Assembly: GCA_951406725.2 (NCBI GenBank)
Contig: OX597814.1
Coordinates: forward strand, 126,790,001-126,854,000
From: Octopus vulgaris
Taxonomy: Eukaryota
Direction: 5' to 3'
Length of the DNA stretch: 64,000 nucleotides
Made by a program: the position numbers and the translations under genes. Positions 52,173 through 64,000 of the stretch are shown in pieces. Within the stretch, counting starts at the first letter, position 1; every line of letters starts with the position of its first letter. The notes below the pieces were generated by a model. That model made no database searches. It was not told the origin of the DNA and saw only the letters and a program-made list of their open reading frames with translations.

Positions 52173-52611
52173 CAGGTTCTCAACCGGGGTCCAGAAGATT
52201 CCCTGGACGGTGGAGAGCATGTAAGATTTTTGGGGGTCCATGCTAACAAAATAGTATTTTAAGGGCCTATGAAAAATTTTGATTTAAATGTATTTATTGC
52301 AAGAAACAGCTAAATCTCAAATGTTTTACACAAGAAATAAGTGGAAATTTTACCAGTGAGTGTGTTACATTATAAGGCACAAAAAGAAAATAACTCTCCC
52401 CAGACACAACAGAATATGCTTCACACAAACTCATAAAGAATCCAAATGCAAAAACGAAACCTACACAAGTTAATGTGTAAATAACAAAACAGGGATCTTG
52501 AAAGTAGTATCTATAAAACTAGTTTTTAAATGTCAAATGGATATGGTGACCCACCAGAATAAAATAGTAATCAAAGGGGTCCATAGGTTAAAAAGTAGCT
52601 GGGAACCTCTG
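52173..52611. mobile_element. hAT-like MITE carrying a ~130-bp copy of 38293-38432
   Basis: TIRs CAGGTTCTCAAC / GCTGGGAACCTCTG. Degenerate 8-bp TSD AGTTAAAT / AGCTAAAC. GGGGTCC subterminal motifs. Confidence 0.7.
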
Positions 52612-53291
52612 AGCTAAACTATAAAACAGTGAGTTGTATGACTAGGCAGACACACAGGCAAGACAAGTAACAAGATACAAACTAATAAACTACTCTGACA
52701 GTAGCTTGATGAACTATATAATCTTTGACAATACCTTGACATCCTACCAACTCTACCAGCTACAACTCTCCATGTAAAATACACACACACACACACACAG
52801 AGAAACACATGAACATAAAAAGACACGCAAACTAAAAATATATACAGAGTCACACTAAGTACAATAATGTTGGATCCTTTTTTTCTCTATCTATTTCTAC
52901 CTTCTTAATATCTAACTTCTTACTCGGATAAATATTATCTTTAATTCAATTCAAAAGATATTTTTACACATGAAGCAACAAGATTGAACACTGGCCAAGA
53001 TAGAGTTTAGGCTGCATTTATGCTGAGTATGTGCATGACTTCAAAGAGAGAGAGAGAGAGAGTGAGACATGTCTAGGTATTGCTTGAGGTGCTAGAAATA
53101 GCAGTCAATTTTAACTCAAATCACACCTGACTTTCTAAAAGAAAAAAGAAAACATGTATTCAGTATAATGTAGTTCCAGAAACATTACACTTTAAATAAA
53201 CACAAATGGTCTTAAAGGCTTGTCCAATCAAGGCTGACTTGGGGCTAAACAGTATGAAGCAACATGACCAAAATGCAAGCAGTGTTTAGAC

Positions 53292-53623
53292 CAGGGCTGG
53301 CCAACCTGAGGCCCGCGGTTTGCATGCGGCCCACAAACTTTTATCTTGCAGCCCACTTGATACTATCTTGAAATGGGTATATTTAAACAAACACTTCTAA
53401 AATTTTATCAAAAATTAAAGATTGTAATGAAAAGCAAAAAAAGAAAGATGCTACTGTTTTTGCAACGATAATATTTCATGTTGAATCAACAATCATTCAC
53501 TCATTATTGTAATAATAGCATGTGAAAGCAAAATGCTTTCAATTTTCTAAGTATATAAGTGGCCCTCAAAAACCTTATTGTGATTAAAGTGGTCTGCAAT
53601 GTAATTCAAGTTGGTCAGGCCTG
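53292..53623. mobile_element. hAT-like MITE
   Basis: TIRs CAGGGCTGGCCAAC / GTTGGTCAGGCCTG. TSD GTTTAGAC / GCTTAGAC. GCGGCCC subterminal motifs. Confidence 0.8.
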
Positions 53624-54229
53624 GCTTAGACACTTTGGAGACATCAGTTCACTCTATTCTAATTCCAACTTATATACAAGTATTAAAAAACCTTAGTTAT
53701 GGCAGTTAATTTATAAGAAAGTAAACAATCCAGGGTATGACTTTAAACAGTATCTGGTAATGGGGCCCTGGCTCAGGAGTTCCAGGGTTTTGAGGAGTGT
53801 ATAACCACCTCTTACCACTACTGTTTCCATGTCTACTCCAACTCGGAGTAGTAGCATCTATCAGGGTTCTAGCTATAGGTTAATTAGTATGTCATAGAAT
53901 TGCTTCTAGAAGACAACCACTCACGGACACCCAGACAGACCCAGGGGAGATAAGGTTTTTCAGCTTCTTAGCTACTCAACTAAAAGACAGTAACTCCATT
54001 CAAATCTTGCATCCTGATAACTACTGGGCCCACGGCAGTTGTTGCATTAGATCAATACAAGTTTGAAAAGCAAAACAGAAGGATTGGCTCTGCCAAAACC
54101 ATGCTTCACTATAATAATGAAACCCTGTTGTCTTGTGGGGTAATTTATTGAGCATTAAAAAAGTCTAAGGGAATAGACCCCTGTAGAAAATCCATGACCC
54201 AAAGATAGATATGTATGGTTATACTTAAC

Positions 54230-55720
54230 CAATATCTGATCTCCCTTGTGACTCCAAGGATGTTGTGAACAAAAAAATAGAGATTGCTCATTTATGAGTT
54301 CTCTTCTGGCAGAGTGGTTTTGCCACATACCTTTTGATGTTCCCTTACATTGGGATTGTTAGGACAAGATTTACAAGCTTCCCTTTTGGCTCTAGTATAC
54401 CGATTCATGTATATTCAAAGGCCTTGGCGTCCCTGGTGCTTGCTTTCTTCCAAGCAGAACTGTCTAAAGCAAGATTCTTCTATGAATATAGGTTAGTCTC
54501 GCAGTCTTTTAAGGTTGTTTTCAGTGCATCTCTGAATTTTTTATGAGATGCATCAATGCTACTTTTGAAAACTCAGAAGTGAATATTACTTTTGGCAATC
54601 TTCTAATCTGGCATTCTGACAACATGTCCAGCCCAGCACAACTGGATTTGCTTGAGCTAAGCAAACAAACTGGGTGCATTTTCACATTTGAGAACTTCTG
54701 TATTGGGAATTCTATCCTGCAATTTTATGCCAAGAATTTTCTTCAAGCAAGACATGTTGAAACAGTTGAGCTTTTTAAAATGAAGTTGGTACACTGTCTA
54801 AGTTTCAGCTCCATTGAGGAGAGTTAGATGGATGACAGTATTGTAAACTCTAATTTTGATATCAATGCGAATACCCAGGCCATCCCAGGCTTTATGTTGT
54901 AGTTTTCCAAAAGCTCCACTTGCCTGACTAATACATGATGACACTCTAGTATCAGTGTAGACATTTGAGGATTGTGTACTTCCAAGATATATTCAAGTGT
55001 CAACATCTTTCAGTTCATTTCCATTAATTTTATTCTGTAACACACACAATTGTGTATGTCCTAAGATAGGTCTATGCAAGACTCCTGTTTTTGCAGTACC
55101 AATAGTGAGGCCAACATTGTTGTGGGCCTTTGAGAGTTGGTCAACACATGCTTGCATGCTGGGTTTATTTTGTGCAAGCAGCCCACAATCATCTGCAACA
55201 GTAGTTCATTGAAAATCTTGATTTTTGCCTATAATCTCTGAAAATTGAACAACTTGCCATCATGTCTGTGCTTAGTGTCATGGCAGAAAATATGACATTA
55301 AAAATGGCAGGTGCTAAGACACAACCCTATTTCACACCATAAACTACCATAAACACACAATAAAAAACAGATAAAAATGTCCACATTGCTCCTAAAACAT
55401 ACCATCATAAAATTGGAACACCATACACATGAATACATGTAAACAACCATATTTGACAAGGTTTCTCCATAACCACCATGACACACTGTGACAACTTTTT
55501 GAGATCAACAAAAGTCATATATTCTACTCAGGACACTTCCAGATCTGTCTCAGTGTAACTATATATATAGTGCCCCATTCACAACAGAAACCACACTGGA
55601 TTTCTGGAAGGTGATTGTTAGTGGTGAGATATTGAGGCAATTCAGGAGCCTTCTTGCCAAAATTTTACCAGCAACTAACAAGAGAAAAATACTTTAGTAA
55701 TTGTGACACATACATGCGAC
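54230..55720 (-). mobile_element. Decayed RTE (BovB-like) LINE ORF2, RT region to C-terminus
   Basis: Minus strand SLLVAGKILAR, and VADDCGLLA...MQACVDQLSKA...GLTI...KT (RT ADD motif near 55190). Confidence 0.75.
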
Positions 55721-55959
55721 AAGTTAAACAGATAGCTTCAACACACATGCTGCTATTAATTTCATAACTTCATACAGTAGAATATATTGTATGTGTGTGT
55801 CTTTTCTCTCTCTCTCTCTCTCTCTCACTGACTTTTATATATTATGGAAACAGCTGTTACCATACATTGGACTGACATAGATTAGATATAGCACAAGAAA
55901 CTACAATTGGTAGATCATAATTAAAAAATACCACACATGGAAAACAAGAGTGTATAAAA

Positions 55960-57020
55960 GGAATGAAATGAGATGTCCCAACTGGGGAAAGTTACTTGGG
56001 ACCAATTAAGGAACTCACAAATCCAGAATTATCCTGACTATGAAGGAGCAGGTGCCTCAGCTGTGATCTCCAATCTAACAGCAAACCCTGAGAGTAAACC
56101 TATTTACTTGAGCCAGTTTCACTACTCTCCAATGAATTTCAGCACATCTACTGAAGAGCAGCACCTCCCCCTAAGTTGATGAAAGTTTAGTCAAGAGAAA
56201 AGTATCAGTACTCTCTCCCTTCAGTCTTGTTCATTATATAATCTATTTTACTATAGCCATCAGACAGAGCAAAACTGCCTGCCCTTATCAGCCGAAGGCA
56301 GATGGCTGAGTACTCCTCACAGCTGATAGCTGGATCTGGCCTAGTAACAACTACTGTTTAACATGACTCCACAAGTCAGCAATGCTCAGACACTAAACAG
56401 ATGCTTACACAAGTTTCGCCACTCTACACACATCTTGGACCAGCCTGGCTGATAGCACTACCATATCTATAGAATTTATTTTGAACCAACAAAGTTCCCT
56501 AAAAGCACTGTCAGGTCATAAAGTTTGTCCATAGTCCACAGCTGAAAGTCTTTCTTCAATGCAAAGATATTTCCATAGAATGTCATTATCTTGCTCCCCA
56601 CTTAACCATTTCAGAATGTTATGGTTGAAGTACCACCAGCTTGGTAAAGAACTGTGAATACCTGACAACATTCCAATGCCAAGTGCCCAATTTTTGTCAT
56701 TGCTTGACCCAGGGTTGCAGATCTACCCAAGAGATAAGGAGTAAAAAAAACCAAGCCTCACAAATAGCAACCACATTTTCTTAACATCTAGGACTCTCTG
56801 AAGATGCCACAGCATCAGTGTAAGCACATATACCAAGTTATCCATGCAGAGAATGTTGGTAGAAAATGGAGTTTCTGACCAGTGGGATGTGAAAGAAGCA
56901 AGAAAAAACAGATACTCCAGTCCTGTCAGATGAAAACCATGCAGAGATATAACATTCAGATAGTAACAGATAATGGAGTTATGTTCACCACCACTGTTTG
57001 CACATTTCTTAGTGAGATTA
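55960..57020 (+). mobile_element. Decayed Ty3/Gypsy pol fragment (RNase H to integrase)
   Basis: GAGASAVIS...ESKPIYLS (RNase H-like) and IVTDNGVMFT (integrase core-like), in Gypsy domain order. Confidence 0.5.
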
Positions 57021-57369
57021 GCTACCTTGCTCATAGCCTCAAAAATAAAAATCATCATCATTTAACGTCCATCTTCCATGCTCACATTGGTTGAATGGTT
57101 TGACAATATCCTGCAAGCCACAGAGCTGCATCATGCTCCAATGTCCACTTTGACATGATTTCTACAGCTGGATGCCTCCCTAACAACCACCACTTTACAG
57201 TGTGTACTGGGTGCTTTTTTCATGCCACCAGCACTAGTGAGATTGTCAAGCAACTTGCAAGGCAGGAAAGGAACAAGAAAAGGAAAAATAAAAAGTTCCC
57301 TTGACTAAGTAGCTACATCTTCAACTCTTCCTTAATTTGGATCAGTTGTGGCAGGACAGGTGTAACTTG

Positions 57370-58025
57370 TGACAGTAGATACAATAGTGGCTTTCAGGTA
57401 CAATAGTAGTTTACAGTTGCAACAGTGAATTATAGTTACAATGAGTTATAGCCACAATTATAGCTCACAATTGCAACAGTGGGTTATGGTTACAACAATA
57501 GTTTATAGTACAACATTGGGTTACATCTGAAACAATAATGAATAGATACAATAGTGGGTTATAATCACAACAATGGGTTATAGTTACAATAGCAGCTTAC
57601 AGTTGCAACAATGAGCTATAGGATTGGATTGGATTGCCCATGTCCAATCCACTGCAGAGCAATGGCCTCAGCATGTTCTCTCCCCAACTATAAATTCGAG
57701 CTTGAGATCATACTAGTTAGATGGCCTATTCTGCAACACTGGCTCAACATGGCTTGGTAGAAAAGTGCAGTTTTTATACTTATACCCAGGAGTAGTTAAG
57801 TCCATTACTTAACTACTCAACTGATACTTATTTTATCAATCCAGAATAGATGAAAAGCAAAGTTGGTCTTAGTGGGATTTGAACTCGGAATGTCAGGACA
57901 GACAAAATATTTCTGAGCATTTTGCCTGTGTGATAACGATTCTGCCAGCTCGCCACCATAACACTGGGTTATAGTTACAATAATCGCTTATAGTTACAAC
58001 AGTGGGTTATAATTTATAGTTATGC
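57370..58025. repeat. Degenerate ~20-bp minisatellite (ACAGTGGGTTATAGTTACA) split by other sequence including a family-B SINE
   Basis: Units at 57370-57620, resuming at 57960-58025. Confidence 0.7.
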
Positions 58026-59808
58026 TTATACTAAAAGCTATGGTTAATGAACACAACTTCAAATGCATGAGAAAACACTTCAGTTGTAACAAATACAGCT
58101 AGGTTTAACAAGAAACAGCTAAATCTAGCCTCAGTTTTCAAAGTATAATCTAGATGAAGGCAATAAACATTCTTATAATTAGTATAGCATAATGAAAGTA
58201 GATCAAACCAGACTTTGTATATAAAGTTCTATATGTGACAGTAAATATAGCTAAAATTAGATACTGTAACCCTAGATGTGTCAGTAAACATAGCTACAGA
58301 TAAGTTGAAACAAAATTACTAAAAGGGTTTGAATTATCAAACACTGGGAAAAAAAATTAAATGTGTAACAATTACCTACAACTAGGTAGTAGACATAGCA
58401 GCTAAGTCGCCTACGTATCCCATAGTAATGTTTAAAGAAAGGGAAACACTGGATAGTATGTCCTGAATGCACAATACTTGTGATCACATACCTACTCAAT
58501 CTAGGCTGACCTGGGATTAAACAACAGTCATTGAAAAAGCTTAAAATAATTATGACAGAAAACATTAAAACTGCAGCAATTTCTATAAGAGAAAATACTT
58601 TATCTGACTTGCATTAAGACCCTCTTAAGTCTAACAAGATGTTTCCATAAGTAGTTGGCAATTAACTCTCTTAATGCTGTCTACTATGCTGTCACTATGT
58701 CGGCTTCTTCGGTCAATGATACTAGGTCATAAGAAAACTGTCAACAGGATATTGTGTCTTATTAATTCTTATGAAATCAATACAAGTAATCATCATCGAA
58801 TAACATCCACTTTCCATGCTTGCATGGGTCATACAGAATCTGTTGTGGCAGACTTTTTATGGCCAGATACCCCTCCTTTCACTATCCCTTATTTGTTGCC
58901 AAGCAAGGTAATATTTTCCCATAGCTGGACATGTTTTTAATGAAAGACTCAAAACTAACAACCTCACATATATGATAGTAATGCTCATTTACACCAATCA
59001 CATGATGTCTAGTCAAGGGTACACACAAACAGGCACACACCCAAACTCATGCACACACACGACAGACTTCTTTCAGTTCCCACCTATCAAATCCAACTCA
59101 AAAACCAGATAGTTGGGAAGCAAGTCTCTTAACCTCACAGCAATCTCTGCACCTAGAATAAATAAGTAATGATATGAAACTCTAAGAAATGCTAAACAAA
59201 TTGTTATTTTTATTGGAGTGTACAAAAGAAAAAAACTGCAAAGAATCTGGCTTGTTTACCAAAACTGCATCAAAAGACTAAGATTCATCTTTAGAGGCAA
59301 GGAAAACTTCAGCCTTGCCCTGATCAGTTACTAAAACCTCAACACTAGAGTACTGCTCCACAAGATGCTGCTACTACAAAATATGTGCAAACTTCCTTAA
59401 CAACATCCAAAACAAGTTCATCTAACCAAGTGATAAATATCCACTCATCAACATAGTACAACTTCCAGCTCACAGATACACTGTTGCCTCTGTCTATCAC
59501 TTCTACAACTACTTTAATAGCCTTCACTCCTCTAATTTACCTAACTGCATACTCTCCTCAACCAGGTTTTCGTATCCCAACCATTTTCCCTATCATTACC
59601 CTTACTGTATCTAAACTTCTAAACAGTTATTCTCAAAACAGCATCCCTCTGAACTCTCCCCCAACTCCCATGGTTTTCTACAGACACTGATTTGCAGATG
59701 CTCTACCTGAACTCTAAGTACATGTATGCCAGCAGTTTAGGGCTGCTTCAATCATTTGTTTGTAAATATTCATTATTGAATGACAAGGAAACAAGAATTA
59801 CATAATCA

Positions 59809-59910
59809 ACTTCAATAGCTTACAGTTGTTTCCACTATAAGAAGCAGTGTATTCAAAGCTGGGTGCATGTGCAACATCTTGTAGCTTCCTCAGAGCCAAG
59901 AAATTGAAGT
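59809..59910 (-). ncRNA. Second minimal hammerhead-like motif (canonical CUGAGGA core, GUA site), partly decayed
   Basis: Minus strand: ACTTCAA..TGGCT CTGAGGA A GCTACAAGA-(loop)-TCTTATAGT G GAAA CAACTG TA AGCTA TTGAAGT. Confidence 0.5.
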
Positions 59911-61247
59911 GTATGTTTATTTCAGAAAGTGTTTAAATACTTAAATATTGTAATATAGTTTGAGGGTGAGAAGCCCCTCCCAGAAATATGCAGATTTAGA
60001 TAAACATATGTATTCACATTTGTTTTAATAGTTAAACCATTCAGTTTACACAGAATTTAATGCAGGAGATAAATCTAATCATGGCACAGAGTGTAGATTA
60101 AAAAAGTTGTTCCAATTGTCAGCATTCCCCCCCTTTATATGATTATCTAGGACTACAGTTATTCAATGTGTTCCTTTCATATCTAAAATAGAACACAAGA
60201 GAGTCATGTTAGAGATTTAGTTGCTATTTCTAGCATACTCCTTTTATTGGGCTCATGTACATGAGAGATAACACTGTACATAACACATTTGATAACATAC
60301 TGCCAAAAAGCTGGTGGCAGTAGAGGCTAGACTTTAAACAAAGTAATTGTAGAAGCAAGATTTGACAAATGAAATTGTGTAGGATGAAAACTTTTGGTGA
60401 ATGACGTAAAATGAATTTTTTAGTCAATGACGATGAGTCAGAATGTAATAAGTTAAACAAACTTGGTACCAAGTACACTAAATTTAATTCTTGCTCATAA
60501 ATATACTTCCCAACAGTAAATATTTATAGCTAAATTAGGCCTAACATAGTTAAATCCTGGGAGAACATGAAAAAGCTATCTCTCTCTCTCTCTGATATAC
60601 ACACACATTTATGTTGTAGATTTGAGTGTAAATTGATGCTTTGCTGCATATATGCTAAAGCATTAACATTCTTACAGAGGATGTTGACCCAAGGAAATGT
60701 TTTAGAAAGGGTGATAAATATATCTGTGGTAAAACAGGGAAACAAAAGAAACAACGAAGCTGTAACAGATTTCAATGAAGAGTAGAAGTAGATAAAACTA
60801 CAAGATGCCACAGTAATAATATTGGATAAAAGTTTGACAATAGAATTATTATGAAGCAGGGACCTATCCCTCACTAAAAGTTTTACTGGCTAAATCCTTT
60901 GTCTGAAAAAGCACCCAATGACAACTCAATGAAGGAGTGTCAATGTGTTTGTTTGGGCTGCTAGAACTAGCAGCCTAATCCCCATCAAATCACATCTAAT
61001 CCTCTTAAGTAAAAACACAGTGGACAATGTGTGTGTGTGTATTTACAGAGAGTGAGAGTTGTATCAATGTTTGCTTTTATGTAAAGTTATGTATAAAAAC
61101 AGTAAAACATTAAATTAAAAAATCACTTAATAATTTGCAGTTTATATTTATATATTTTTACAAGAAGTTGACAGTCTGGTGTGATCAGTTAGATGCTGGC
61201 AAGTAAACCTAAGCTTAGAAGTCATTATCACTTTTTCCTTAGCTGTT

Positions 61248-61281
<34 letters not shown>

Positions 61282-61291
61282 AGTGGCTGTG

Positions 61292-61680
61292 TGGAGACGT
61301 AGAAGTGGCTGTGTCGTAAGTAGCTTGCTTACGAACCACATTGTTCCGGGTTTGATCCCACTGCGTGGCACCCTGGGCAAGTGTCTGCTACTATAGCCCC
61401 GGGCCGACCAAAGCCGTGTGAGTGGATTTGGTAGATGGAAACTGAAAGAAGCCCGTCGTATATATGTATATATATGTATGTGTGTCTGTGTTTGTCCCCC
61501 ACCAACATCGCTTGACAACCGATGCTGGTGTGTTTACGTCCCCGTAAACACACAAACCTAGCGGTTCGGCAAAAAAGACCGATAGAATAAGTACTAGGCT
61601 TACAAAGAATAAGTCCTGGGGTCGATTTGCTCCACTAAAGGCGGTGCTCCAGTCAAATGACTGAAACAAGTAAAATAGAA
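61292..61680 (+). mobile_element. Young near-full-length family-A SINE
   Basis: Retains CpGs. Head GTGGCTGTG duplicated at 61284 and 61305. Confidence 0.9.
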
Positions 61681-62424
61681 AGAGAGTATATATACAATAT
61701 CTGTAAACAAACGATGTGGTTGGCTCACCATTTTTCAGTCATTTGGTTGTATTTAAAAATTGTCAGAGAATAAAGTATATATATAAAGTATATATACATA
61801 TATATATACACACACACACACACATGTATTCATATAAGTTTATACACACAGCCATAACAACCATCTGTTTCCACATAAAACAAGTGCATAAGAATTTGAA
61901 TACACTCAAACACATACACAAGGAGATAGGCAGACAGAGAATAACAGGAAGGGAACATGGTTATTTTATTAGTTCAGAGACATTAAGGCGATGGGTGCTC
62001 CAGCATGGCCACAATCAGACAACTGAAACAAGTAAAAGAATAACATCAGCCCATGACTCAGTACTCTACAATCTATCGAAAATACCACTACTATTACAAC
62101 TACTATAAAGTGTAGCAGCAGCAGCAGCCTTAATAGTAGTGGTGGTAGAACAATTGTATACTAATGAGGGCGTCAACTAAAATATAAAGCTAAGTTATAA
62201 TTAAAGAGAATAGGGCTAACTGAGTAACAGCTTTTGGAGACAAGCTACAGGACATTATTATTATTATTACCTCTCACCCCAAACTCAAGGGAGAATAGTA
62301 ACAAACACACTGATCACATGGTGATAGGCATTGTAATCTTTCCTTTTAAAATACAATTTATTTTATCCTCTTTATTTCATCAAAAGTATATATATCTACT
62401 ATCTACCTACACTATATGTGTACA

Positions 62425-62845
<421 letters not shown>

Positions 62846-63145
62846 TGGAGGTGATGACAAAGGACTGGGATGACTAGCAATATGCAGTTCTTAAGACCTA
62901 GCCATCTTGATGAAACCCAGTTCTAGTAGAACTGTGTGTGTGTGTGTATCAACAGTTCTCAATCATGGATCCCAGAGACACATGTGGCCCTTAAGCATCC
63001 TTCCGTCAGCCCCTGACAGTCATCCCCCTTCAGAGATAATAAATTTTTCTTTAATTGACTTGTGTTTTCTATTTTTTCATGCAGCCCCTACAAAAATTAT
63101 CTGGCCTGGATATTAAAAAGGTTGAAGACCATATATATATACACA

Positions 63146-64000
63146 CAGGGTGTGATGGATAAATTGTTGCCATTTTATATTTTTAATTTCGTGCATGTGC
63201 ATCATTTGTTTTTGATTTTGTCAACTACACAGTATAGTAGGGTCAGTTGGGCATCATCTGTGACAAAAACAGCACCATGAGGCAATTCACTCAGCCAGAA
63301 ATTTGGAAATGATGTACTGTATTGCTTGGCATTCACACCAGAAGCTCCAATACAAACATTTCAGAGAGTTGGGTATCAATATGAGCCCCCAAAACATAGA
63401 CCAAGAGTGATAAGAATCAAACATCCAGTCAACATCATTGTGTCTGGAGTGATCACTAGTGATAGCGATGTTGTGTCTCCATTCATCTTCCCACACAGCC
63501 TCAGGCTCAACACGGAGGCCTACATCAAGTGCATGGAGGAGGTAGTGCTGCCCTGGGTCAAGAGGGTAGTTGCTGGAAGAACTTATGTCTGACAACAGGA
63601 CTCTGCACCATGCCACACAAGCAGGAGAACCTAGTCATGGCTGTCAGACAATTTCTGTGACCACATCATCCCTAACATCTGGCCACCTAACTCCCTAGAC
63701 TGTAACCCTCTTGATTATTATGTGTGGGGTGCAGGTGAGTGAAAGACCAATAAAACTCCTTGTAATGCCAAAGATGAACTGAAGGCAAGGATTATGGCAG
63801 CATTCACCAACTTAAACAAGGGGACTATCCAGAAAAGTTGCAGGAGATTCTGAAGTCATTTGGAGGCTGTGGTTTATTGAATAAATTTACTCTTTAGTAT
63901 TTCAATATATTTTTACGTAATTTTGGTAAATATATCTGTTAAAATGAATGTCAGTTTTATTTTCATTTTTGCGTAATTTAGACAGTTCATTCACCACACC
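63146..64000 (+). mobile_element. Internally deleted, inactive Tc1/mariner transposon of DD37D (maT) type
   Basis: QQDSAPCH...WPPNSLDCNPLDYYVWG, with 37 residues between the 2nd and 3rd catalytic Asp. In-frame stops. Left TIR CAGGGTGTGATGGATAAATTGT; matching right TIR ACAGTTCATTCACCACACC cut by the window end. Confidence 0.88.

Overview
AT-rich, microsatellite- and SINE-dense animal genomic DNA. The SINE and LINE families look like those of an octopod cephalopod (inference, not database-checked). The only host gene is a class-2 P4-ATPase (ATP9A/ATP9B orthologue) on the minus strand. Five coding exons lie in the window (38039-38212, 4396-4546, 3281-3394, 873-1040, 1-29 partial), all with GT-AG sites and matching phases. 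The 33.5 kb intron 4547-38038 and the more than 25 kb intron above 38213 make up most of the window, and exon 1 was not found. The introns hold tRNA-derived SINEs, RTE and CR1 LINE fragments, decayed Gypsy gag/pol, hAT, pogo and piggyBac MITEs, a DD37D (maT) Tc1/mariner remnant and several minisatellites. Almost all ORF-track entries are spurious. Most notable: (1) a near-perfect 161-bp palindrome whose arms each encode a minimal hammerhead-ribozyme fold with a compensatory G3:C8 core swap, plus a second hammerhead-like motif at about 59.8 kb; (2) a frame- and phase-compatible 51-nt candidate cassette or alternative first ATP9 exon in a CpG-retaining island; (3) a ~130-bp piece of ATP9 intron also found 14 kb away inside a hAT MITE, between 8-bp direct repeats. 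Repeat boundaries are approximate and were read by eye.
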